The notes beneath the pieces were generated by a model. The model ran no database searches. It worked only from the letters and a program-made list of their open reading frames with translations, and was not told where the DNA came from. From Zootoca vivipara (lineage: Eukaryota), in the NCBI RefSeq assembly GCF_963506605.1, contig NC_083276.1:45880001-45944000 (forward strand): a stretch of 64,000 nucleotides of DNA, in the 5' to 3' direction. Made by a program: the position numbers and the translations under genes. Positions 53,240-64,000 of this stretch are shown one piece after another. Positions within the stretch are counted from its first letter, which is position 1. Every line of letters begins with the position of its first letter.

Positions 53240-55324
53240 ATGATTAGCAATTCTGCCAGCTTGTTAATACTGATACTACGGAATGCTCTGGTTGAGGCTG
53301 CAGGTCAAACACCACCAAAAGGTTATAGGTATGCCTCTTATGAAGTGACCACTCCTAGAAAACTGACCTATGGTTATGGACAACAAGAACCCAGTGATGT
53401 CACCTACTTGCTGCGGATTGAGGGGCAGGGTCATGTGGTGCAGCTGAAGCAAAAGAGGGGTATTGTCCCTAAACAACTCCCTGTCATCACTTACAGTAAG
53501 GAGGGGGACCCTCAGATGGACTATCCTTTCATCAGAAATGACTGCTTCTACCGTGGCTTTGTACAAGGCAAGCCTTCCTCTTGGGTTACCCTCAGCACTT
53601 GTTCAGGGTGGCTCAGGGGTGTGCTGCACTTTGAAAATAACACCTATGAAATTGAACCTGTTCAGGTATCTTCTGCTTCTCAACATGTGGTGTATAGGTT
53701 GGAAGAAAAGGATGGGGCTATCCGCATGAGGTGCGGGTTAACAGAGGAAGAGCAAAGCCATCAGCTGGCCATGATGCAAACCACAAGGAATATATTGACC
53801 CACAGTGCTGCTGGTGAAGGCTGGTGGGGACACACTAGGTACGTGGAGGTTGCGATTGTGGTAGAACATGAACGATATGTCAAGTTCGGCAGAAATGAAA
53901 GCCGTGTTGTTATGCAAGTTCTGGATGTCCTCCACACCGCCAATGTACTATATGAGCCACTTTCTGTTGAATTGTCTATATCTGCACTGGAGATATGGTC
54001 AGAAAAGAACCTCATTCAAGTTACTAACAACATATATGAGACACTTAGGAGTTTCTCACGCTGGAGAACAGCCTCACTAGTTAAACATATGAAGAATGAT
54101 GCTGCTCACTTATTTGTATATAAGAGTTTTGGAAGTACACTGGGGTTAGCATACATAGGTGCAGTTTGTAGTACCCTTTGGGCATCTGGTGTTGAATCCT
54201 ATACAACTTCTAGTTTGTTCCATATTTCTAACACATTTGCCCATGAATTAGGACATAATCTTGGCATGCAACACGATGGAAGACACTGTACTTGTGATCA
54301 ACATGCCTGCATTATGGCTGCAGATCAAGCTAACACTGATAAATTTAGTAATTGCAGTTATAAAGATTATTACAAAATAAGGAACTCTCATTGCTTGTTA
54401 ATTCCACCAGACCCTTATAGAATGCAGAAAGTCACATCTTGTGGCAACAAAGTAGTGGAAAATGGAGAACAATGTGACTGTGGTTCAAAACGTGAATGTA
54501 AGTCAGATCCATGTTGCCGATCTAATTGTATGCTGCGTTCTGCTGCTACTTGTGCTTTTGGACTTTGCTGTGCTAAGTGTCGGTATCGTCCAGTTCATTC
54601 TGTTTGCAGACAGAAGGTTGGCCCCTGTGATCTTCCTGAATACTGCAATGGGACTTCAGAATGGTGTCCTGAAGATGTGCATGTACAAGATGGTGCCCCA
54701 TGCGGGAATGGTGCATACTGTTACCATGGGAATTGCACAACCCATAACAGACAGTGCAGAATGATATTTGGCAAGAAAGCAACAGCTGCTTCAGAGGTTT
54801 GCTTCAAAGAGATGAATGCCCGAGGTGATCGCTTTGGCAACTGTGGCCTTAGACATGGCACTTATAAGAAATGTAATGCTACCAATAGCTTGTGTGGTCG
54901 AATTCAGTGTGATAACATTACTAAGTTACCTTCTTTGAAGCAACACAGCACAATACTTCAAATACCCATTGGCAATAGGAAATGCTGGGGTACAGACTAC
55001 CACATTGGAATGGAGATACCTGATATTGGAGCAGTGAGAGATGGGACTCCTTGTGGCAAGAGAATGATGTGTATTAATGGGGAGTGCAAGAGTGTGTCCC
55101 TCTTGAAATATGATTGTAATCTGACGAAGTGCCATAATCGGGGAAGATGCAACACTTACAAACATTGCCATTGTGATTATGGCTGGGCTCCTCCAGATTG
55201 TCTCAATGAAGGCTATGGTGGCAGCATTGACAGTGGCCCCCCTCCACCACGCAGGATTGGCTACAAAGTAGGAATTTTTATAGGAATTGTATCTATCCTT
55301 TTCCTTCTGTTAGTGTTGGTTTAA
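53240..55324 (+). CDS. Intronless ADAM20/21-like, copy 7 (694 aa, no cytoplasmic tail)
   Basis: Complete ectodomain, HELGHNLGMQHD; stop immediately after the hydrophobic segment. Confidence 0.92.
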   Translation: MISNSASLLILILRNALVEAAGQTPPKGYRYASYEVTTPRKLTYGYGQQEPSDVTYLLRIEGQGHVVQLKQKRGIVPKQLPVITYSKEGDPQMDYPFIRNDCFYRGFVQGKPSSWVTLSTCSGWLRGVLHFENNTYEIEPVQVSSASQHVVYRLEEKDGAIRMRCGLTEEEQSHQLAMMQTTRNILTHSAAGEGWWGHTRYVEVAIVVEHERYVKFGRNESRVVMQVLDVLHTANVLYEPLSVELSISALEIWSEKNLIQVTNNIYETLRSFSRWRTASLVKHMKNDAAHLFVYKSFGSTLGLAYIGAVCSTLWASGVESYTTSSLFHISNTFAHELGHNLGMQHDGRHCTCDQHACIMAADQANTDKFSNCSYKDYYKIRNSHCLLIPPDPYRMQKVTSCGNKVVENGEQCDCGSKRECKSDPCCRSNCMLRSAATCAFGLCCAKCRYRPVHSVCRQKVGPCDLPEYCNGTSEWCPEDVHVQDGAPCGNGAYCYHGNCTTHNRQCRMIFGKKATAASEVCFKEMNARGDRFGNCGLRHGTYKKCNATNSLCGRIQCDNITKLPSLKQHSTILQIPIGNRKCWGTDYHIGMEIPDIGAVRDGTPCGKRMMCINGECKSVSLLKYDCNLTKCHNRGRCNTYKHCHCDYGWAPPDCLNEGYGGSIDSGPPPPRRIGYKVGIFIGIVSILFLLLVLV

Positions 55325-58300
55325 AGGAAATGGACTGAGAAACTAATTTAAAAGACTGAGTTCAAGATTCCTTCAAACTGAATCTAAACAGGAATAAAAC
55401 CCACAATAGATCATGGAAGTCAACAATGCACATTGTATAAAAAATATACAAAGAAAACAATAGGCAGTATTTTACAAAAATGTAACTTTGAGTGAAAGCT
55501 TTTTGATTATTATTATTTCACTACCTTTTGTGGAGTTACTTTCCTTGGCACATCAGTTTATGAAAATCTTGGACTCATCAACAGGTAAGAAACCTGCTTT
55601 TTATCAAGGCTATCTATCCTCTAATCCTCTGAAATGTTGTTCCACTAAATACTGAGGGAAACATCTGTTTTCTGGAATGGATAACTGCACACTGAGCAAA
55701 AGCCACATTTCCCAATATCATTATTTTCCCACAGAAACCTTCAGAAGCACTGCTGCTATGCGAATGCCTCTTCCCAATACACATCATGCATCATAACACA
55801 CATAAGATGATGCTATAGCACCCCCCAATCTATCAATGCTGGAACCAGCAATGACCCAACTACTGTAAGTCTTACAGGCAGGTATTTTAGTCACTCACAC
55901 AGCCCTCTGGGACAATGGAATAAGGGATCAAGATGAGGTTCTGATGGGAGGTGCTAAACCTTCAGCCACACACATTGAAGGGAAAGACGAGCAGTGAAAG
56001 GGAGGAGACAGACCATGCAATAAAGGCAGCCACAAACACAAATTGACAGCATTCCTCCTCCAGTGGCTCACTCCATATGACAGTGGTGGGGAACGAGACA
56101 CCCTCCAGATATTGTTGGATGATAACCCCCAGTTAAAGATTTTGGGATTTGTAGTCCAGCAACAACTGGATGTTCCCCATTCTTGCCATAGAGCATGGGG
56201 TTGGGAAGCAGAATATGGAATTTTGAGCTGCACCAGGAAGAAAATGACCTCACCTTTTTCTTGCCTTGCAAAAAGAAGAAGAAAAGATTGAGTCAGGAGA
56301 AAAAGAGAGTTCCAAGATCTCAAACGCAGACTGCAAATACAACAGAGAATTTCATAAGTACTTAATGATCTGACACATCGTTGAGCATTTGCCTCTCTCC
56401 CTCCTGCCCCCCAATCATAGATGCCAAGAAACTCAGGGGCTGGAGGAAGAGGAGGCCTTAGTAGAACTGCTTGTGTTGGGAACAGGTGATGATAATCAGT
56501 GGGCCAGATGCTGAGCTCCCCCGTGTGGGCCATTTTGACAGGTGGGTAGCAAAGGGAGGAGGCTTTCCCTGAATTCAGGTACACTTAAGCAAACCAGGAG
56601 AAGTACTGCATGAACCAATAGTCATGCATCTACCAAAGAGTCCTGTTGACCCATCTTCCCTCAGCAACCCATATGACCAACCTTCCCCTGCTATTTTGTC
56701 CAACAGGCAACCCTCATGGCTGGCATCGTAACAGGCTTAATTTACCCCCCCCCATTTCTCCCTCACATCTCCCTGCTACTCCCTTCTGCCCTTGAGGATT
56801 GCTCCTGCAAGGCTAGCAATGGCAATGTTTATATAGTGGAGTGCCTGGCTTCAACCAACACAAAGCTTACCTGCCTATGGAGATGAGAGTGTCTCCTCTG
56901 TGTGGATGCTGTTGCTTCCCACTGTCGAGGAGGAATAATGTTGGAGCACTGTAGTATAGGCAAGGCACAATACTCACATATGGCAAAGGTGGTGGTATGA
57001 GGGACTTCACAGTGTATAATTGTTATACATTTCAGACAGTTTGCAAAAATATGTTTAGTGAATTTTTAAGGGTGTTTTCTTGATTGTGAGATATTGCTTG
57101 GGTCACACACTCGCTGTGGCTATTTCTGGGCAATGGTATCTCCTCCTCACTGTCTTTTATTGTTTATTCTGTTTGATCTGGTGACTGCACATTTAAAAGA
57201 TTTTATCTGTAGTGTTTGTTGTTCAGAGACATGTTTACTGTATATAAATAATAGACAAATAAACATTTAAAAGCACTAAACCGCTAAATCCAGTTGTCAA
57301 ATATTAGCTATAGCAACCTAAATTTGTTATTATTCAATAGTTATTACTTCCACTACTGTGCCTTGCAACCCACATCTTCCTGATAGAGAAACAGACGTTG
57401 CCAAATGGTTAAGTCTGGTACCATACTCTTATTGTAAAAAACCCAAGATGTATCCCTGTGAAGGAGACTGATTTGCATGTTTGGTGGAGCTGTAACATAT
57501 GCTTAACTTTAACTGTTGCAATGTGTTCAGCACCAATGAGTGTTTGGGACACTGTTCCCCAGTAACCCTCAATAAGTTTTAAAAGAGCTCATTTCACCCT
57601 AAGCACAAGTGTCCCCGGCAGTGCAAGGGCTCAGTTCTGCTGAAGAAGATTAAAATGGTCTTCCTTTGTGAAATGAAGATTTGTTGCTTGCTGTTAGATG
57701 TACTATTGATGTGCTGAGAGCTTCGAGATCTGCTAACTTCTGCAGTAAAGACCTGTGCTGTAATTACTATCAGCCAAGATCACTATAAGTGGGCACTTTC
57801 TTCCTAGCTGAAATCTCTACCAAGAAGGAATGTGTTTGAGTCACATTAACATCTGGGCTCTCACCTGCATTTACAATTGGCTGATGGTGCAAAGACCAGA
57901 AGTTGCTATACAGGAATGCTTTGCTGCTGCTTGGAATACAAATCTGCACCTGCCACTGATTGCCTAAAGTATTCGCAATGCACCCAGATAAACATACTGG
58001 AGATATTATATTACAACACTATCAAGTTTATGCATCTTCTTGGAAATTACAATGGACCCCACATCATGACTGCATCCTTGAGTCAACCACGAACAAAGTC
58101 AAAGGATTACATTGAAACATCAAGACCTTTGGAGGAGGTGGACAGTTTTGAACTTGGGGATAACTTTATGGTTTTGTCTACTTTACCAGTCTCTTGTTAA
58201 TGTGGTTTGCTAAGCTGAATAAATATGGTCATTTGGGCCTTACTTCAGGTAAGTGAAGATAGAAGAACTGCTATTCAAACATCTTTTGTGGGATTCTAGG

Positions 58301-58611
58301 TTTTACGGAATGAGGGTTTGACTTGGTTCTAAATACAATAGGAAAATAATTCCTAGTTACTGACATAAGGGTTGTATCTGCATATTCCCATCTACTTTCA
58401 GAATGTTAGTAAATAGTGAAAAGGGAGGTCCCCATCAAATACACGCTATGTGCATACCTCAAATCCTGCATGCCCTACATGTCTATGTTTCTACTGTCAG
58501 TTTATTGGACTCTCTTCCATTTCTTGGTCCTCTGCTTCTCAACTTCCCATTGCACTTAATTTGCAGTCCTAGTCGCAGCGCCTCCCCTCCCAGCATGTGA
58601 CCAAAGTGAGA

Positions 58612-59554
58612 TGTAATAGACCAAACTTGCACAGACAGTGATTTGGATTAAAAATGGCCACAACTTTATTGATTACAGGTATAGGTGGAATTTTGGCTCA
58701 GGCGTTGGGTGTATATCCATTCCAGCCTTATAAATATTATTATTATTATTATTAATATTAATATTATTATTTGTTCCCTGCCCGTTTGGACTAGGTTGCC
58801 CCAGTCACTTTGGGAAGCCTGCCAGAGGTGCTGGAACATTTTCAGGGTAGTGCCAAGGATTAAGGCCTCGCTAAGTCGCTGAGCCAGGGTCACCGCTGAA
58901 AGCTCTATGGCCCATCAGCCTCATGCTTGGCTTCTGGACAGATACTTCCACCAAGATCCCTCTAATGGGGAACCCTGAATATGTTGCTGGGTCAGGACAG
59001 GGTGATACACCACTTCACCCAAAACCTGAAGACTAGGATTCCACCCAGTGCTTTAACTACTAAAAGTTGAGATTTTTTGCTGTGGGGAAGGCAAAACCTC
59101 CAGGCGGTCCAGTTCATCTGCAGGCAAATTCCTTCCTGACTAGCAACCATAGCAAGGAAGGCATAAGGAATCAAAGCAGCAACCTGAAAAGTGAAATATG
59201 GTTAAACATTATAGGACATTGACCTACAAATGTAAAAAAAAACCAATAAAATATAAGGGAGGGAGGGAGGGTAGGATTGCTCTTTGGCCGACAACGCTGT
59301 GGAAGGCAAGTGCCGACAGCTCTTTTAAAGTGTTGCTGCCTGGTGCAGGCATGGCAGAAGCCAATGTTCGGCTAGCTAGCAAGGTGCTGCCCAACCTCTG
59401 ATTGGCCCCTTTGAAGCTGAGGTTAAGAAGGGAGTTCCACCCTGAGAACATGCTAGCTGGGGCAATTCCCAGAACAGTTGACAAACATACATGAGTTTAC
59501 AGCCAGGATGGCCGTGGAGAGCAAGGTGCTGCAACTGCTGCCCACCTGAAAATA
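58612..59554 (-). mobile_element. Possible solo LTR
   Basis: Starts TGT; flanks GTGAGA/GTGAGC; AATAAAG on - strand; other end TA rather than CA. Confidence 0.3.
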
Positions 59555-59854
59555 GTGAGCACCCATTTCTTCCTGTGTCCCATTCACCCAGTCACCTCTG
59601 CAACATCTTTCCCTTTCCACCATGTGCCTCCCCATTCTCCATTCTATTCCTTCTCTGACTCTCCAAGCTCCACCTACATTCTAAAGGTAACTGCAATAGC
59701 TGTTGCTATGGACAGAACCATCCCTTTCGTTGATGGTCTCACAAACAACCACCTTATCTTCTTTCTGGTCTGCTCTCAACTGTGGGAAGCTTTTGGGGCT
59801 CGGATAAGAAGCCAAAGCAGGATACTCTGGAGGTTGCTTTCCCAGTCAGAGAAA

Positions 59855-62800
59855 ATGACCAACCCTTACACATGGTAACTGGTGTTGATCTCATTGAATA
59901 TTTTGTGTGAGACTGCAGGTCAGAAACCACCACAAGGCTTTATGTATGCCTCTTATGAGGTGACCATCCCAAGAAAACTAGTCCCTAGGTATGGACAAGA
60001 ACATCATGATGTCACTTACCTACTGCAGATTGAGAGAAGGGGCCATGTAGTGCATCTTAAGCAGAACAGGGGCTTTGTCACTAAACACCTCCCTGTCTTC
60101 ACTTACAGTAAGAAGGGAGACCTCCAGACGGACTATCCTTTCATCAGAGATGACTGCTTCTACCATGGCTTTGTACAAGACAAGCCTTCCTCCTGGGTCA
60201 CCCTCAGCACTTGCTCAGGGGGTCTCAGGGGTCTGCTGCATTTAGAAAATGACACCTATGAAATTCAGCCTGTGCAGAGATCTGCTTCTTCTCAACATGT
60301 GGTGTATAGGTTGGAAGAAATAGAGGGTGCTGCACGCATGATGTGTGGGTTAACAGAAGAAGAGCAAAGGCATCAAGAGGCCATGATCCGAAAAACAGAT
60401 ATAGTGGCTAAGGGTGCTCCAGAAGGAGGTTGGTGGACACACACCCGTTATGCAGAGGTTGCAATTGTTGTGGATTACGAAAGATATGTGAGAATTGATA
60501 GAAATGAAACTGTTGCTGCAATGCGAGTTCTAGATGTCATTCATGTTGCTAATTCTTTATATAAGCAAATTGGTGTTGTCGTGACTCTTGTTGGATTGGA
60601 GATTTGGTCAGAAAAGAACCTCATTGTGATTGATAACAACATTAACACCCTTCTTTCTAATTTCAATGACTGGAGAACAAACACCCTAAATAAACATTTA
60701 AAGAACGATGCTGCTCATTTATTTGTATATAAGGGTTTTGGACGTACGCGAGGATTATCATATTTAGGAACAATCTGTTGGACTGATCGGGCATGTGGTG
60801 TTGAATCATATGTTGGCTATAGTTTGTCTGATTTTTCTAATACATTTTTCTAATACATTTACTCATGAATTAGGACATAATCTTGGCATGCAACATGATT
60901 CAAAATACTGTACTTGTGAACGAAGTAAGTGCATTATGGCTGCAGCTCAGGCAAACACAGATAAGTTTAGCAACTGCAGTTATCAGAATTATTTTGAGCT
61001 AAGGAACACTCCATGTTTGTTAATTCCGCCAGAGCCTGATAAAATGTATAAACTCAAACAGTGTGGTAACAAAGTAGTGGAAGATGGAGAGCAATGTGAC
61101 TGTGGTTCACCAGATCAATGCAAGTTGGATCCATGTTGCCAGTCTAATTGCATGCTGCACCCAGGTGCCAGTTGTGCTTTTGGACGGTGTTGTGCTAAGT
61201 GTCAGTATCTTCCAGCTCATTATGTCTGCAGACAAGAGGTTAGCAGTTGTGATCTCCCCGAGTACTGCAACGGGACTTCAGAATGGTGTCCTGAAGATGT
61301 TTATGTACAAGATGGTGCCCCGTGTAGTGATGGTGCATACTGTTATCATGGGAATTGCACAACTCACGATAGGCAGTGCAAAATGATCTTTGGCAACAAA
61401 GCAACCAGTGCATCAAAGGATTGCTTCAATAAACTGAATGGTCAAGGGGATCGCTTTGGCAACTGCGGCCTTAGACATGGAACTTATAAGAAATGTAACA
61501 CTACAAATCTCCTGTGTGGTCGAATCCAATGTGATAATATTGATGAATTACCTTCTTTAGAACAGCACAACACTATAATTCAAACACAGTCTGGAGATAG
61601 ACAATGCTGGGGTACTGACTACCACAGTGGGATGGAAATACTTGATATTGGAGCAGTGAGGGATGGGACTCCTTGTGGCCATGACATGATGTGCATTAAT
61701 AGGCAGTGCAAGAGTGTATCTCTCTTGAACTATGATTGTAATTTCCAAAAGTGCCACTATAGGGGTATATGCAACACTTACAAACATTGTCATTGTGATT
61801 ATGGTTGGGCTCCTCCTTACTGTCACAAAAAAGGCTATGGTGGCAGCCAGGGTGGATTTGATTTAAATCAAACTGATTTAAATCACGATTTAAATCACTA
61901 GTCAGCAAGGCTTGATTTAAATCATAGTTTTCTACATAAAGACTAATTTTTGCTGGTATAACTTTAATATGCAAGTAGATGAAGATTTTTAGAATAACAA
62001 CTGTTCATATTAGTTTTTTATCCCCAGTTTAATAGGTTAATCATTCATATTTGGACAACTTTACTGTTGTACTTAGGAAGGAGAAAAATAATCATTACCT
62101 TAATAATAACAATTTATATAGATTTATTCAACTGAAACAATAACATTACAGCATATGTTATTTGCTTAAACAAACATCCATGCTTGTTAACTAATTTGGC
62201 TAAACAAAAACAAAATATATATATTTTAAGAAATTTAGACAGTCAGCCCAGCCTACACATGAAAAACCTAAATACTATCCACTCCAAACAATCAGAAAAA
62301 TATTGTTTCTACTCTATTCACTGAACTTCTTGAAATTTAGCACTGAAGGGGTTGTTTCTGTATTCATAGGTTTGTTGAACAATAGGATTAAGGTCTTTTT
62401 CTCAACTCTGTTCATGTTATAACATTTTTGCTGTGAAGAAGAGGCATGTGATCTCTGTTGAGTCAAATTCAGTTTTGAGAACTGCAAAAGTAAACCAAGC
62501 ATCTGTGATAATATCTTGTAGGCAGAGAAACTGCCCAATAATCTTACAAAAACCTCTGGAAGAGCATGGCATTGTGAATGGATTAATGGAATTTATTTAC
62601 CCAAAAAATTAAACATATACAACCTTATTCTACATAATTAAAAAACTAATCTTTATTTCATGATGGAATAACCTTTGGATGGCAATATATTTTCCTCGAA
62701 AAGCATTTTATTTTAAAAAATCCAATTTAAATCAAACAAATCGATTTAAATCAAAAAAATCCGATTTAAATCAAAAAAATCCTATTTTTTTGATTTTTTT

Positions 62801-63038
62801 AAAAAAATCATTGATTTTTATCCACCCTGGCGGCAGCATTGATAGTGGACCCCCTCCACCACAGAATATTTTTAGCCCTAATTCCAGCATAGCAGCAATT
62901 ACAGGAGTAATTATATTTGTTTTTTGTGTTCTTCTTGTTCTGGGTATTTATTTCAGGAAGCACTTGAGAGAAATGTTTGTCAGATTGAGAGAAAGAAAGC
63001 ATGGGCAAGATATTAAAAAAGAAGAAAGTCCAGACTAA
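59855..63038 (+). pseudogene. ADAM pseudogene (copy 8), close relative of copy 5
   Basis: CAA>TAA at codon 8 (59876-59878), 13-bp tandem duplication 60831-60856, hAT insertion inside GGSIDSG. Confidence 0.88.
61848..62829. mobile_element. Non-autonomous hAT DNA transposon
   Basis: TIR CAGGGTGGAT; TSD G(T/C)GGCAGC; subterminal GATTTAAATC palindromes at both ends. Confidence 0.85.
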
Positions 63039-63119
63039 ATCACAGAATTGAACAATGCATTGAATGTGCCAAACCGATGTGCATGAAATAATGGACCATA
63101 TAATGCAGAATGCGGCACC

Positions 63120-63704
63120 GTAGTTAATACACTTATTGGCAATTAGAACTGCTGGGGAACAGACTACCACAGTGGAAGGGTATACCTGATATTGGAGCAG
63201 TGAGAGGTGGGACTCCTTGTGGCAAGAACATGATGTGTATTAATGGCGAGTGCAAGAGGGTGGTCACTCTTGAAATATGATTGTAATGTCACAAAGTGCC
63301 ATTATAGGGGAATATGCAACAGCTACCAACATTGTCATTGTGTTTCTGGCTGGGCCCCTCCTGACTGACCAAACCTGATACTGGAGCAGTGAGAGATGGG
63401 ACTTCTTGTGGCAAGAGCATGATGTATATTAAGGGGAATGCTAGAATGTGCCCTTCTAGAAGTATGAATTACAAAGTGCTGTCTTTGTATGCATATGAAA
63501 TATATGAAATGTATGAAATATGCAACACACACACAAATTGTGATTGGGATTATGGCTGGTCCTCTTCAAACTCTAGATGAAGGCTATGGTGGGAGCATTG
63601 ACAGTGGCCCTCCTCCACCAAACCAGGACACTGTCATTGCAGCAACTGCTGGAGGAATTGAATTTGTTATTAGTGCTACAGCTGGTGTGTGCCTAGTGAT
63701 GTGA
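63120..63704 (+). pseudogene. Two tandem ADAM Cys-rich/EGF fragments
   Basis: CWGTDYHSG..PDIGAVR.GTPCG (~63150-63365), then a second CCTGATA.TGGAGCAGTGAGAGATGGG...[10 protein letters not shown] copy (~63374-63700). Confidence 0.75.
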
Positions 63705-64000
63705 GGTAAGAATATTCACTGGAGAATATTCTCGAGAATATTCTCTGCTAGAAAATTCTCCAGAAAATATTCTCCACAAACTGTAAATTCTGATGTAAGA
63801 ACCAGTTTTACAACCTACATTTAAAAAAACCTAGTAAATAATACGTCACGCTGTGATATTGCCAGTGCAAGTAATGAATAATGATTTATTTATTTTTTGG
63901 ATGCAGTTACTGTACATTACTGGGCATTGTGTCACTCACAATTGGCAGTTCTGAAATGTGAGCTACAGAAAACATTTTTTATTTTTAAAAATGCTATTCA

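Noticed and set aside
55928-56584. 218-aa minus-strand ORF
   Set aside because: No recognisable domain; overlaps a MITE-like palindrome near 56090-56190

Overview
Squamate (probably lacertid lizard) genomic DNA, judged from Sauria SINEs, BovB and CR1-tailed tRNA SINEs. The backbone is a head-to-tail (+ strand) tandem array of intronless ADAM20/21-like metalloprotease-disintegrin genes. It has four intact ORFs, the 3' end of a fifth, three pseudogenes and extra fragments, and all six copies with a visible 5' end share a compact GC-box/X-box promoter. Two very young LTR elements lie on the - strand. The first is a 5.5-kb internally deleted betaretrovirus-like ERV with identical LTRs, a tRNA-Met PBS, an in-frame Gag-dRT-RNaseH-IN fusion and a gamma-type env, nested in a hAT MITE. 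The second is a 5.8-kb Tf1/sushi-type Gypsy chromovirus with identical LTRs, a self-priming RNA structure and a GGGAAAC -1 frameshift signal. The top candidate for a new system is this Gypsy integrase: it has a cage-degenerate chromodomain followed by two tandem (I/V)F-x9-FLGF motifs resembling LEDGF/TFIIS-N-domain interacting motifs (IBM/TIM), which suggests host-mimicry integration targeting. Also present are a Penelope insertion with inverted hammerhead-bearing repeats, a Helitron, L1/L2/BovB fragments, many hAT/Tc1-mariner MITEs and two assembly gaps. All comparisons were made by eye; no searches were run.
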